NCBI GenBank assembly: GCA_902779565.1
Contig: CACZCD010000001.1
Span: forward strand, 3,929 to 67,928
Length of the DNA stretch: 64,000 bases
Origin: an uncultured bacterium
GTDB taxonomy: Bacteria; Verrucomicrobiota; Kiritimatiellia; RFP12; UBA1067
Direction: 5' to 3'
This document shows positions 33,793 through 43,523 of the stretch, piece after piece (the first letter of the stretch is position 1; the number at the start of each line of letters is the position of its first letter). The position numbers and the translations under genes are program-made. The notes beneath the pieces are model-generated. The model was not told the origin of the DNA and ran no database searches. It saw only the letters and a program-made list of their open reading frames with translations.

Positions 33793-36700
33793 TTAGGGCT
33801 TTACGCGCACGGTTTCAGCGGTTGAGTGTGCCGTGAACTCGGGCGCGTACATGCATTGGATCGTCGCAAGCCCGCCGATAAACACGCCGCGCTGCTGCAC
33901 GCGATACGACGTCTCAAGAACGAACACGCCCTTGTTGAGACAGTCGATGTAGTAGTGCGTGGCCGTATCCTTCGTGGACTGATAATAACCCACGCCATCG
34001 CGCCAGCGGTACGACGACAGCACATCCTCCGGCTCCGCGCACGCAGGCCGCTCGTCAGAGAGATGCACGAACTCGTACGTGCGGTCGCTCGTGATCTCAA
34101 GCCGCGCCACGATCTCGTCGCCCGGCTCAAGCACGCCATCGATCGACGTGAGCCGTGTCCCATCCGCGCCCTTCACCTTCTTGTAGTACTTCTTCTCCAC
34201 CCGCAACTCCTTCGGCTCGTGCGCGCGTACCTTAAGGACATCCTCAAAGTACGTCCAGTGGACGCCGCCCCACGCAACGCCCTTCTCGCCCGCACCCGTA
34301 AACGTGATCTCGCCCATCTCGGGCCTGATCTGCGCCGCGGCGTAGCGGTGCGAATACATCCCCGTGCCCGCCTCGGCGTTCGCCACCGGCACCTTCTCGC
34401 CCGCCAGCGTGACCTCGGCCAGCTTGTCGCCCGCCAGCAGATCCGTCCCGCCGCCCAGAAGGAGCGCATAGATCGCGTCCACCGTCGCGGCGGTCGTCGT
34501 CCAATCCTGCGTCTGCTTCTGCTTCAGGAGCCACACGTTGCAGGCATCTGCGCTCTCCTCGTCGCGCGTCACCTCGCGGAACGCCTCAATGATCAGCGCC
34601 TGCGTCGAGACGGGCGCGGCGAACACGCTGCACGAGAAGAAGGACGACCTCTTCCAGTATAGGCCGAGTTCCTCTGAAAGGACGCCCCGCTCCTTGATCG
34701 ACGCCATGATCTTCCGCGCGAACTTTTCCTCGCCCATGCGCTTCAAGGCGATGGCCGCCAGCGCCTGCGAGCTGAGGCCGAAGTCCGTCCACTCCTCCTT
34801 GAGATGCTTGACGAAGAGCTTTGCCGGCTGCGCATCCTTCGCGGCGGCGACGCCCTTGAACGTATGGAGGTAGAGCCAGCGAATGTCGAAGCCATCCACA
34901 TGGAACTTGATGCCCAGTCTCTTCGCCTCCTTGAGCCGCTCCTTCACATCCTCAGAAACGAACGCGTCAAGTGCTTCCACCGCCTCCGCAAAGAAGTCGG
35001 GATACGTCCTCTGCGCCAGGAAGTTGAGCCGCGCGAACCCCGTCAGGATATAGAGCGAGATGCCGGGCGCGGACGGCCCGCCCGGGAACCACGGCCAGAG
35101 TCCGCCGCCACACCGCGCGAGTCGCAACTTCTCAAGGCACTTTTCCTGCTCACCCGCCAGACGGTCGGCGGCGAAGAGTTCACCAAGCCGCGCGCGGGCT
35201 GCGCTTTCGTGCGCCGCCTCACGGACCCACGGCGTCGCTTCAAGCGCAATCGCCTTGAGGTGTTCATCCGTCTCAAGCGGGCTCTTCAGCGTTTCGCCGC
35301 CCGCCGCCTTCCACGCGTCGAACGTGGCGCGGATGCGCGGATCGGCGTTTGCGATGTACTGTCCCAGCGCGTTCGCATAGTAGCGGCTGAACGTCTGCTC
35401 GCAGCATTCGTGCGGGAACTCCATCAGGTACGGAAGCGACAACACCGCGTACCACGCCGGACGCGACACGGCGCGCACCGTGAGATCCTGATGGCGGACC
35501 GTCTCAGACCCCTTGCTCGCCAGCAGGTTCTCGAACCGAAACGATTTCGTCGCCGCGCCACGCACGTTGAGCTGCACGGCCTCGCGCACCATCACGCGGC
35601 GCGCCAGCACCGGCAGCACGCCCTCTTCGCCGTCCGCGAACGCCGCGCCCTTCGCGCGCGCGACATATTTGAGATAGCCGCACCCATCCGGGATCCGCAA
35701 CGGGAACTCGAACGTCTTCGATTCGTGCGGAACCAGGTTGAAAGGTTGAAAGGTTGAAGCGTTGAAAGGTTGAAGCGTTGACGGGTTGGCATTTTCAGCA
35801 GAACTTTTCAACTCTTCAACCTTCAACTCTACAACTCCCTGCTGCGGCGCGTCCTCGGTGTTCGTCACCTTGACGGCAAAGAAGAAGTTGTCACCTTCGC
35901 GCACGAAACGCGGTGCGTTCGGTTCGCACATGAGCGGCTTCGTCGTCACGATCTCGTTGTTGCGGAAGATGTCGCCGCGAAGCGCGTTGTCATGCGCGAC
36001 CATCAGGAACTTCCAGCCCGTGAGCGCGTCCGGCACCGTGAACGAGAACGACACCTTCCCGTCCGCATCCGTCTCCAGGTTCGGGAAGAAGAACGCCGTC
36101 TCCTTCAGGTTCGTGCGCGGCGGCGCATCCGGTTCCTTCTCGGACTTCGCGGATGGTGCAGCACCACACACCGCCACCGTTTCTTCTTCCAAGACGCACC
36201 TTTCATTCATCACGCCCATCCCGGCCGCGGCGGACTTGCAGACCATGCCGCCCCGTCTTCGCAGTCTGCCATACTCGTACAGCGACCGCCACGAAGGCCA
36301 TCGGAAGTTGGAGAACCACGTGGACTTGCTTGGGAACCGACCGCCGAGATCCATCAGCTCCGTGGTCGTATTCTGGATTGCCGGACTTCCGAGCCAGCGC
36401 GTCCAGGGCGTAAAGTGACTTGAAAAACCGAGCGACACATCATGCCATTTGTACGCATCGAGCGAACGGTCGTACATGAAAGCGAGCACTTCCGCAGGGC
36501 CCGACACCTTGAACGTCCATATTTCCTTGTTGCCGGGATTGAGCTTGCTCGTCAGGTGCTCCGCCGTGATATCCAGATACTTGTTGTCCCACGGCACATT
36601 CACGCAGGTGCTGTCGCAATAGATGCGGTTCTCGCGCACGAAGGTGGTCTCAATCCTCACTTCGCCGCGATGCTCCTCCTGGATCGGCAGCTCGAAAAAC

Positions 36701-39663
36701 CAAGATGGGCTCTCCCCGCCGATCGTCTTTTCAAGAAGCGTCTTCCGGTTGTTCGTCACCTTCACGCGGCACCAGCCCGTCGCATAGCCCGAGCCCCAAT
36801 AGGCGCGGAGCGTCTCGCCGACCTTCACCATCCCCCTCTCCGAGCAGAAGTAGGTCGGCACGGCAATTCCAAGGCCTTTCGCGGACGGATCGAACACGAA
36901 GACTTCTGCGTAGTCCTTCACCGTCTTGCCGTTCGGATCCTTCGCTTCGAACATGAGACGATAGGCACCGACACCGAGCTTGATCTCGCCCGTCCACTTC
37001 TCCGGCTTGTCCGTGGAGATATCGAGCGACAGCACCTCTTCGCCCATCTTCCACGTCTTCCAGTCCCAAGGACCTTTCACGTTCCGGTCAGAGCCGTAGC
37101 GGCCCTCACCCGCCGGCTTGCGAACCGGCCTTTCGGGTGCGACGAGCCGATAGGCCTTCAGCGTGCCCTTGACCGGCAGCGGCGCACCTGCAAGCGAGTT
37201 GATCGTCACACGCGGCGCAACAGGCACGTCAGGCGTCTGCCATTTTTCGCCGGTCCACACGCTTGCGCGCCAGGCCACGGTTCCGATCTCGAACGACGAC
37301 TCCGCCGTGTGCTCCTCGCCCGTTTCGTCCGTCACCTCCGCCGTCACCGAAAACTCGAACGACGGATCGCCCGACAGGTCGGCTTTAGGAGAAGCGACGG
37401 GTGTGAACGTCACCTCGAAGACGCCGTTGCCGTCCGTCTTCGCCTCTCCCTTCCCGACAAAGTTTTCACCGTCATCGTCTGACGTGCCACCGAACCATCG
37501 CCACCAGCTGGGATAGCGCGTGGCGCGCTCCACCGACCATTTGACCTTCGCGTTCTGCACGGGAAGCCCCGAGTAGGTGAGCGCCTTGCCCGTCACCGTC
37601 ACCGGCACGCCCAGCGTCCCCTGCTCCGGCGCCGCCTCGAACGAGACGGTGAACTTCGGCCGCTTGTACTCCTCCACGTTCACGCGCTTCTGCGATTCGC
37701 CTGTCTTGCCATCCTTCAGGACGACGCGCGCCATCACCGTGTATTCACCGGTAAGCCGATCCGTCGGCGCCGTGAAAGTGTAGGTGAACGATCCCCACTT
37801 GTTCGTGCGGAGGCGTTTCGCGGCGACTTCCTTATCGTTCGGATCGCTGAATGTCACGAGTACCAGTTCATCCGGCAGCGTGTGGAAATCCTGCGTATGC
37901 GGATTCGCGTGGTAGGCGATGCCCTTCACCCGGATCTCCTGACCCGGACGGTAGATCGCACGGTCGGTGAAGAGATCCATGTATTCGTACTTCGGCGCTT
38001 CGTACGATTCGCTGCCCGATCCCTCGCTGCCGAGGGAAAGCACTTCGTCATTCTCCTTGATGACGCGAACGTTCCGCATCAGCGCGTTATAGTCGTCCTT
38101 CTTCGCCACGTCGGCGACAAAACGTCCATCCTTGTCCGTCACATACGTCTCGCGCAGCACCAGAACGCGTCCGCCTTGGGGCGGGTACCCCCAAAGCTCC
38201 ACCTTCGCGTCCGCGACCGTCTCACCGGACTCCGCACGATAGACCGTGCCGCCGAACGCGCCGTTGCCCGTCTCAAGGGCGAGCGCCAGCGATGTGACGG
38301 TGACATACTGCGCGAACAGCGGCTGCTTGTCCGAACCGAAGGCCTCGTTCCCGGCCGCGTAGAGGACATAGTGTCCAACCTTCAGATCCGACGGCGCCGT
38401 GAACTTGAACGTCTGCTCGGTGTAGTCCGGCTTCAGCGGAAGCACTTCCTTCCACTCCTTGACCGGGCGGCGCGACAGGTACTTGTTCTTCATCTCATCG
38501 CGAGCGCCCCCCCGTCCGGCCGAGCCCATCGAGGTGTCATTGACGAGGTCCTGGAACGAAACCGGCACAAGGCGGAAGTGGACTTCCGTGAGGTTCTTCG
38601 CGCGAACCTCAATCTCCGGCCAGGGTGCACACCAGTTGCGTTCAATCTTGCACGCCAGCTTCTTCCCCTCGATGGCGGCGACAATGTTGGCGCATTTCTT
38701 CCCCCCCGGCGAATCGGACCACTTCGCCTCGTATTCAGCGGCAAGATCATGCGCCGCGAGAAGATTGGTTTTACAGAGCTGCTCCGCCTTCAGTGCCGCC
38801 GCGTAGGCGACGGCTTCGGTTTTCCCCTCGTACCGCTTGATGAAATTATCCAGAAACGCCCCGAACACGGCTTCGCGCGCCTTCTCTGGCTGGTTGTCGA
38901 ACGAACGGATGTACTCGGCGGCGTCCAGCTCAGCCATCGCGAGCGCATCGGCGTTTCCGTCTCCTTGATGAAAATCAATCAGCCGTCGATAGAGCGCGAG
39001 ACCCTTTTCAAGCGTCTTGTCCGGAATCGTCTCGCCGTAAAAGCTGATGGCATCCCGCACGGCGAAATCGTAGAGTGTCGGCACATACGTTTTCGGATAG
39101 TCGCCACGATGGAAAATCTCCGTCCAGTCCGCGAGCATCATCCCCTTCAGCTCTTCGGCATAAGCGAACACCTTCGCGAACTGCATCTCGAGCGTGTCGG
39201 CGATCTTCTCGGGCGACCATGGCGGCATCTTGTCGGCGGCGGCGGCCTCGTCCAGCTTCGTCGGCGCGGCGCCGCCCCAGCGCCACCGGCGCGAGTTCTC
39301 CTGGTAGGTGTGGGCGAGGTGGAGCTGGAGGACGGCCTGAAGCGGCGCGGGCTGCGCATCAACCGACGCGGCAAAGGCCGGCAGCCAATTCTGCGGCAGT
39401 TCGTCTCGAAACTCCTTCATCGCCTGCTCGCGGACAAGAAAGGCCCGTGCGGCATCAGGCCAACGCGCGGCGGCGACGGCCTCGCGCGCAATCTCCTCCA
39501 CCTTGTTTGTGACGGTGCGCGGCAGTCCGTTTTCCTGCGCCTCCTCGACGGCCTTCCAGGCCTTGGCGAAATTGTACGCTCCCATGACAGCTCCCTTCAG
39601 GGTGACGGAGGCGGCAAGAATCGCCAGCGCCCATACGGTTCTTTTTCGGCTTATTAGACTCAT
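33793..39663 (-). CDS. Bacterial alpha-2-macroglobulin family protein (1956 aa)
   Basis: Signal peptide (MSLISRKRTVWALAILAAS), multiple MG-like domains, a thioester-region motif ...MEFPHECCEQTFS (CxEQ), and an A2M receptor-binding-like C-terminus. It contains an in-frame repeat-element insertion. Confidence 0.8.
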   Translation of the reverse strand: MSLISRKRTVWALAILAASVTLKGAVMGAYNFAKAWKAVEEAQENGLPRTVTNKVEEIAREAVAAARWPDAARAFLVREQAMKEFRDELPQNWLPAFAASVDAQPAPLQAVLQLHLAHTYQENSRRWRWGGAAPTKLDEAAAADKMPPWSPEKIADTLEMQFAKVFAYAEELKGMMLADWTEIFHRGDYPKTYVPTLYDFAVRDAISFYGETIPDKTLEKGLALYRRLIDFHQGDGNADALAMAELDAAEYIRSFDNQPEKAREAVFGAFLDNFIKRYEGKTEAVAYAAALKAEQLCKTNLLAAHDLAAEYEAKWSDSPGGKKCANIVAAIEGKKLACKIERNWCAPWPEIEVRAKNLTEVHFRLVPVSFQDLVNDTSMGSAGRGGARDEMKNKYLSRRPVKEWKEVLPLKPDYTEQTFKFTAPSDLKVGHYVLYAAGNEAFGSDKQPLFAQYVTVTSLALALETGNGAFGGTVYRAESGETVADAKVELWGYPPQGGRVLVLRETYVTDKDGRFVADVAKKDDYNALMRNVRVIKENDEVLSLGSEGSGSESYEAPKYEYMDLFTDRAIYRPGQEIRVKGIAYHANPHTQDFHTLPDELVLVTFSDPNDKEVAAKRLRTNKWGSFTYTFTAPTDRLTGEYTVMARVVLKDGKTGESQKRVNVEEYKRPKFTVSFEAAPEQGTLGVPVTVTGKALTYSGLPVQNAKVKWSVERATRYPSWWRWFGGTSDDDGENFVGKGEAKTDGNGVFEVTFTPVASPKADLSGDPSFEFSVTAEVTDETGEEHTAESSFEIGTVAWRASVWTGEKWQTPDVPVAPRVTINSLAGAPLPVKGTLKAYRLVAPERPVRKPAGEGRYGSDRNVKGPWDWKTWKMGEEVLSLDISTDKPEKWTGEIKLGVGAYRLMFEAKDPNGKTVKDYAEVFVFDPSAKGLGIAVPTYFCSERGMVKVGETLRAYWGSGYATGWCRVKVTNNRKTLLEKTIGGESPSWFFELPIQEEHRGEVRIETTFVRENRIYCDSTCVNVPWDNKYLDITAEHLTSKLNPGNKEIWTFKVSGPAEVLAFMYDRSLDAYKWHDVSLGFSSHFTPWTRWLGSPAIQNTTTELMDLGGRFPSKSTWFSNFRWPSWRSLYEYGRLRRRGGMVCKSAAAGMGVMNERCVLEEETVAVCGAAPSAKSEKEPDAPPRTNLKETAFFFPNLETDADGKVSFSFTVPDALTGWKFLMVAHDNALRGDIFRNNEIVTTKPLMCEPNAPRFVREGDNFFFAVKVTNTEDAPQQGVVELKVEELKSSAENANPSTLQPFNASTFQPFNLVPHESKTFEFPLRIPDGCGYLKYVARAKGAAFADGEEGVLPVLARRVMVREAVQLNVRGAATKSFRFENLLASKGSETVRHQDLTVRAVSRPAWYAVLSLPYLMEFPHECCEQTFSRYYANALGQYIANADPRIRATFDAWKAAGGETLKSPLETDEHLKAIALEATPWVREAAHESAARARLGELFAADRLAGEQEKCLEKLRLARCGGGLWPWFPGGPSAPGISLYILTGFARLNFLAQRTYPDFFAEAVEALDAFVSEDVKERLKEAKRLGIKFHVDGFDIRWLYLHTFKGVAAAKDAQPAKLFVKHLKEEWTDFGLSSQALAAIALKRMGEEKFARKIMASIKERGVLSEELGLYWKRSSFFSCSVFAAPVSTQALIIEAFREVTRDEESADACNVWLLKQKQTQDWTTTAATVDAIYALLLGGGTDLLAGDKLAEVTLAGEKVPVANAEAGTGMYSHRYAAAQIRPEMGEITFTGAGEKGVAWGGVHWTYFEDVLKVRAHEPKELRVEKKYYKKVKGADGTRLTSIDGVLEPGDEIVARLEITSDRTYEFVHLSDERPACAEPEDVLSSYRWRDGVGYYQSTKDTATHYYIDCLNKGVFVLETSYRVQQRGVFIGGLATIQCMYAPEFTAHSTAETVRVKP
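35736..35838. repeat. Tandem-repeat hairpin element copy 3, in-frame inside the A2M coding sequence
   Basis: Plus strand: ggttgaaaggttgaaaggttgaagcgttgaaaggttgaagcgttgacgggttgg - spacer - cttttcaactcttcaaccttcaactctacaactcc. It encodes ...ENANPSTLQPFNASTFQPFNL... Confidence 0.8.
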
Positions 39664-39759
39664 GCACGCTATTATACAGAAATGCCGCCCGTCAGGCAAT
39701 GGCCTCCCACGCGCTATATGTTGACCTTATTCCCCGGCTGTCAACACTGTTGTGGGGTT

Positions 39760-41526
39760 CTATCTCTTCTTCATTGGAGACAACCGCTCAATGACGAGAC
39801 GCCCGGGTTTCATGCGGCTCTTCACGCCACGCTCGAAGTAGATGTGGTAGGAATCCGACTCGCCACGCTTGTCGGGCCTGCCGTTAACATGCTCCATCAC
39901 ATAGCGCATGCTGCCGGACTTCCCGGGCGGCGTGGAGTAGCGCGTTGAGCCGAAGCCCGGTCCCTTCGCGTTGCTGAGGCGAATGTTCCACCGGGTCGAA
40001 CCCTCCGGCTGGTCGCTCTCCAGATCGAACGTAACGCGGAACTCCGTGCCCGCCTTACCCGCGAACAGCCCTTCCGGCAGACGTATCACCCAGTCGCTGC
40101 TGCCGAACGGACCGTACCATCCGTCCTTGCCCGCTTTCGCGCGCCGCTTCCCTTCCGCCGCAAGCCTGCGCGGATAGATGCCAAACTCGGCGGCGGGATC
40201 GGCGGACTCCAGCACCACCGTCCCCCGCGTCCACTCCGGAACGGTCACCTCGTTCGAGAGGATCTTCCCCTTGCCGAACACACGGAACGGGTTCATGGGC
40301 GTAACCACGAACCTCACCGTATCCCCGACCGTCAGGAACGGCGCCTCGAAGAGCGTCTCCAGAACGGGCTGGCGCTCCTTCGGCGGCAGCCACCAGTCGC
40401 CCAGCATTTCGCGCCACGTGAACTGCTCCCACGCGCCATTCGCGCCCTTGCGCTCCGCCGCGATCACGTACTTGAACGCGGAAGGTCCGGCGGACGGGAT
40501 TGTAAGCGAAAAGCCCTGGAACGGCGAACCTTTCGCCTCCGCCTTCACCGTGGCACCCGCCTCAAACTCCGGGACGGGGCACTCCGCCTTCGCAACCTCG
40601 CGCCGCCACGGGGCGGTTTCGGCGACGAACGGGAGCGGCACGATCCACGGCTTGCCGGGCAGGATCTCGCTACCGTCTCGCACGTCCCAGCGGCGAACGT
40701 CGAGCCGGTCGGCGAAGACGTCCACGGTGATCACGCCGTACGACTGCCGGCGCGGTTCGGGATGGCCGATCGTGAACGAACCCCAGTTCTGGAGGCAACC
40801 GGAGCTGATCGCCGTGAACTTCCCCTGGCGGATGTGCAGGTCGTTGCGGACGGTACCGTGCGCGTGACCGCAGAAGTACACCACCTGCGGGAACTTGGAG
40901 AGGATCTCGGTGCGCCTCGGGTCGGGAACGCCCCACACGCCGCCGGCGGGGATGTGGTCCGTCACGAACACCGGCTTGCCCGGGTTGGCGGCGCAGGCGT
41001 CGGCGATGCGCTTTTCATACTCATCCCAGCCGATGAACCCTTTGCTTCCCACAAACTGCGGGAACACCACGAAGGTGTAGCCCTTGTGGACGACGGTATC
41101 GGTGTGGGAGTTGGGTGCCTTCAGGAGCACCCGCGTCTCCTCAAATGCCTCCGGCGCGTCCCGCACGGCCATCTCGCGCGCGTGACCTTTATAAGCAAAG
41201 GCGTCGTGCCAGGCATAGACGTAGATCTCGCCGGGCTTCTGCTCCGCGCCGGCGAACACCTCGTCGAACACCTGCCGGTAGGCCTGGTAGCCGGTTGGGT
41301 AGTGCCAGTCGGCGATGTCGCCCGTGTTGATCACGAGCTCGCATCCCTTCGAGCGGAAGAGCTGGAGCGCGAGCTTCACGCGTCCGCAGCTCTCGACCGT
41401 CTTGCCGACGTGCGTATCGGTCATCACGCCAAACCGGAACAGCGGCTTCTCATCCGCCGCCCAAAGCCGAACCCCAAGCGGCGCCAGCATCGCACCGCCG
41501 AGAAATGTGCGTCTCGTTGTTCTCAT
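39760..41526 (-). CDS. Tat-exported calcineurin-like metallophosphoesterase, large
   Basis: MRTTRRTFLGGAMLAPLG (Tat motif), GVMTDTHVG, NTGDIAD, GHAHG-type dimetal motifs, and a long C-terminal beta-rich extension. Confidence 0.65.
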   Translation of the reverse strand: MRTTRRTFLGGAMLAPLGVRLWAADEKPLFRFGVMTDTHVGKTVESCGRVKLALQLFRSKGCELVINTGDIADWHYPTGYQAYRQVFDEVFAGAEQKPGEIYVYAWHDAFAYKGHAREMAVRDAPEAFEETRVLLKAPNSHTDTVVHKGYTFVVFPQFVGSKGFIGWDEYEKRIADACAANPGKPVFVTDHIPAGGVWGVPDPRRTEILSKFPQVVYFCGHAHGTVRNDLHIRQGKFTAISSGCLQNWGSFTIGHPEPRRQSYGVITVDVFADRLDVRRWDVRDGSEILPGKPWIVPLPFVAETAPWRREVAKAECPVPEFEAGATVKAEAKGSPFQGFSLTIPSAGPSAFKYVIAAERKGANGAWEQFTWREMLGDWWLPPKERQPVLETLFEAPFLTVGDTVRFVVTPMNPFRVFGKGKILSNEVTVPEWTRGTVVLESADPAAEFGIYPRRLAAEGKRRAKAGKDGWYGPFGSSDWVIRLPEGLFAGKAGTEFRVTFDLESDQPEGSTRWNIRLSNAKGPGFGSTRYSTPPGKSGSMRYVMEHVNGRPDKRGESDSYHIYFERGVKSRMKPGRLVIERLSPMKKR

Positions 41527-41593
41527 TGTGTACGCATTCCTTTCTTTTGTTGTGGTCGCGATTTTACCACATCCGCCCCGCCCGTTCAACAGG

Positions 41594-42328
41594 TCAGGGC
41601 GTAGAAGGCGCGATGTAGCGGTAGCCGACGCCGTGGATGGTTTCGATGCAGTCGGCCGCGCGCCCCAGCTTCCGCCGGACTTTCATGACATACTGGTCAA
41701 CGGTACGGGTGTTTCCGCCAACGCCGCCGCCCCAGAACTCATTGAGGAGCGAGTCCCGCGAAATGACCTCGCCCGGATGTTCCGCGAGCCGCCGCAGCAC
41801 CTGTATCTCACGGAACGACAGCGCCTCTTCACGTCCCTTGGCATCCACAAGCGCGAAACGCTTCACATCCACCCGATACGGTCCAATCTTGAAATCCCCC
41901 GTCGCCGCCAGCGCACGGTCCGGCACGGGCGGCGGCACCGGTGAGACGGCGGCCGGCGCCGTGCCGCGCGTACGCCGGAACACCGCCCGGATCCGGGAGA
42001 CGAGCACGTTGCGGTCGAACGGCTTGGGCAGATAGTCGTCCGAACCGAGATTGAGACCCATCGCAACATCGGCCGGTGCACCTTTGGCCGAAAGGAAGAT
42101 GATCGGAAGCGCCGGATCGTTCTGGCGAATCTGCTTCAAGACCCTGTAGCCGTTCTTCTTCGGCATCATGATGTCGAGCAGCAGCATGTCGGGGCGGCAC
42201 TTCGCGTATTCCGCCAGCGCCTCCTCGCCGTTCGCCGCCAAGCGCACGGTATGCCCTTCCTCGGCCAGAAGGATCGACAGCGTGTTGCGGATGGACGGCG
42301 TGTCATCCGCCACAAGTATGTCAGCCAT
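41594..42328 (-). CDS. OmpR-family response regulator
   Basis: Receiver domain (ADDTPSIRN...D...LLLDIMMP...K) plus winged-helix C-terminus. Confidence 0.85.
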   Translation of the reverse strand: MADILVADDTPSIRNTLSILLAEEGHTVRLAANGEEALAEYAKCRPDMLLLDIMMPKKNGYRVLKQIRQNDPALPIIFLSAKGAPADVAMGLNLGSDDYLPKPFDRNVLVSRIRAVFRRTRGTAPAAVSPVPPPVPDRALAATGDFKIGPYRVDVKRFALVDAKGREEALSFREIQVLRRLAEHPGEVISRDSLLNEFWGGGVGGNTRTVDQYVMKVRRKLGRAADCIETIHGVGYRYIAPSTP

Positions 42329-43511
42329 GATTCCCCTCCTCTCCGGACACTTCGCCGCCCGGCAGCGTCACCTTGAAAACACTTCCGCCGCCCGCGCGGT
42401 CCAGCGCCTCCACGGTACCGCCCATCCCGCGCACGAGGCCCGAGACGATCGCAAGCCCGAGACCCAACCCGCGCTGCGGCGCCGTCTCGTCCGTCCCTTG
42501 GTAAAAACGTTCAAAGAGCGCCTCCCGCGGCCCGGGCGGAAGTCCCGGCCCCCGATCCGCCACTTCCACCTCCACCTGCCCTTTCGCACCGGGACGGAAA
42601 GAGACCTCAATCGTCTCATCCCCGGCGTACTTGCAGGCGTTCTCCACAAGATTGATGACGATCTGCTCAACCTTGTCTCGGTCGGCGCAGGCCCTCACGG
42701 GCGATTCGCCCGAAACCGACAGCGCACAGTCGGGATAGCGGCGGCGCATGAGCCCGACCGCCGACGCCACCACCTCGCCGAGTTCAAAGGGCGCACGGGC
42801 GAAGGTGAGCTTTCCGTTGCGCAAACGCACCATCGTCAGAAGCTCATTGATCATGCGCGACATGCGCACCGATTCCCGTCGCACCGTCTCAAGCGCCTCC
42901 GCCTGATGGCGAGCCTCCTTGATGCCGCCTTCCGCCAGAGCGGAGGCGAGCGGCACGATACTCGCGAGCGGCGTGTTGAGTTCGTGCGACACCATGTCGA
43001 GGAAGGTCTCCTTGACCTCAAGGTCTTCACGCGCGCGCCGCGCAGTGCCGACCAGCCGCCAACTATTGGAAAACAGTATGATAAAGATGAGGATTATCAT
43101 GACCGCCCCGAGACCGAACAAATAAAACGTCAGGCGGTCCTGATACACGAAGCCACGCTCGTTGTAGCCGATCACAGAGCCGTCGCCCAACCGCGCCCAG
43201 CCGATGACCGTTCCATTAGTAGAGGGGATCCAGCCATACTTCGCGCGCGGGGAGGCATTCGTGCCGATCGGCGCCAGTCCCTTGTCCCATTGGTAGTCAG
43301 CCTTCCCATCCTTCTCGTAGGCCCTCACGCGCGTCAGTAGGCGGGACTTGAGATTCGATTCGTAATGCTCAAACTGCACCTCGCGCCGCGCCCGCCTCAT
43401 CTCGTCCGTCAACCCGCTCGTGCCGAACACGAGCAGGAGCAGCCCGGCGGCGGTGATGAGAACGGCCGAAAGACCGATGAACAGGAAATATGTGCGAATG
43501 TCACGATCCAT
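42321..43511 (-). CDS. Sensor histidine kinase
   Basis: H-box SHELNTPLASI, plus N, G1 and G2 boxes (DRGPGLPPG..., GLGLGLAIV), and one N-terminal TM segment. Confidence 0.8.
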   Translation of the reverse strand: MDRDIRTYFLFIGLSAVLITAAGLLLLVFGTSGLTDEMRRARREVQFEHYESNLKSRLLTRVRAYEKDGKADYQWDKGLAPIGTNASPRAKYGWIPSTNGTVIGWARLGDGSVIGYNERGFVYQDRLTFYLFGLGAVMIILIFIILFSNSWRLVGTARRAREDLEVKETFLDMVSHELNTPLASIVPLASALAEGGIKEARHQAEALETVRRESVRMSRMINELLTMVRLRNGKLTFARAPFELGEVVASAVGLMRRRYPDCALSVSGESPVRACADRDKVEQIVINLVENACKYAGDETIEVSFRPGAKGQVEVEVADRGPGLPPGPREALFERFYQGTDETAPQRGLGLGLAIVSGLVRGMGGTVEALDRAGGGSVFKVTLPGGEVSGEEGNHG

Positions 43512-43523
43512 GGCATCGCCCCA

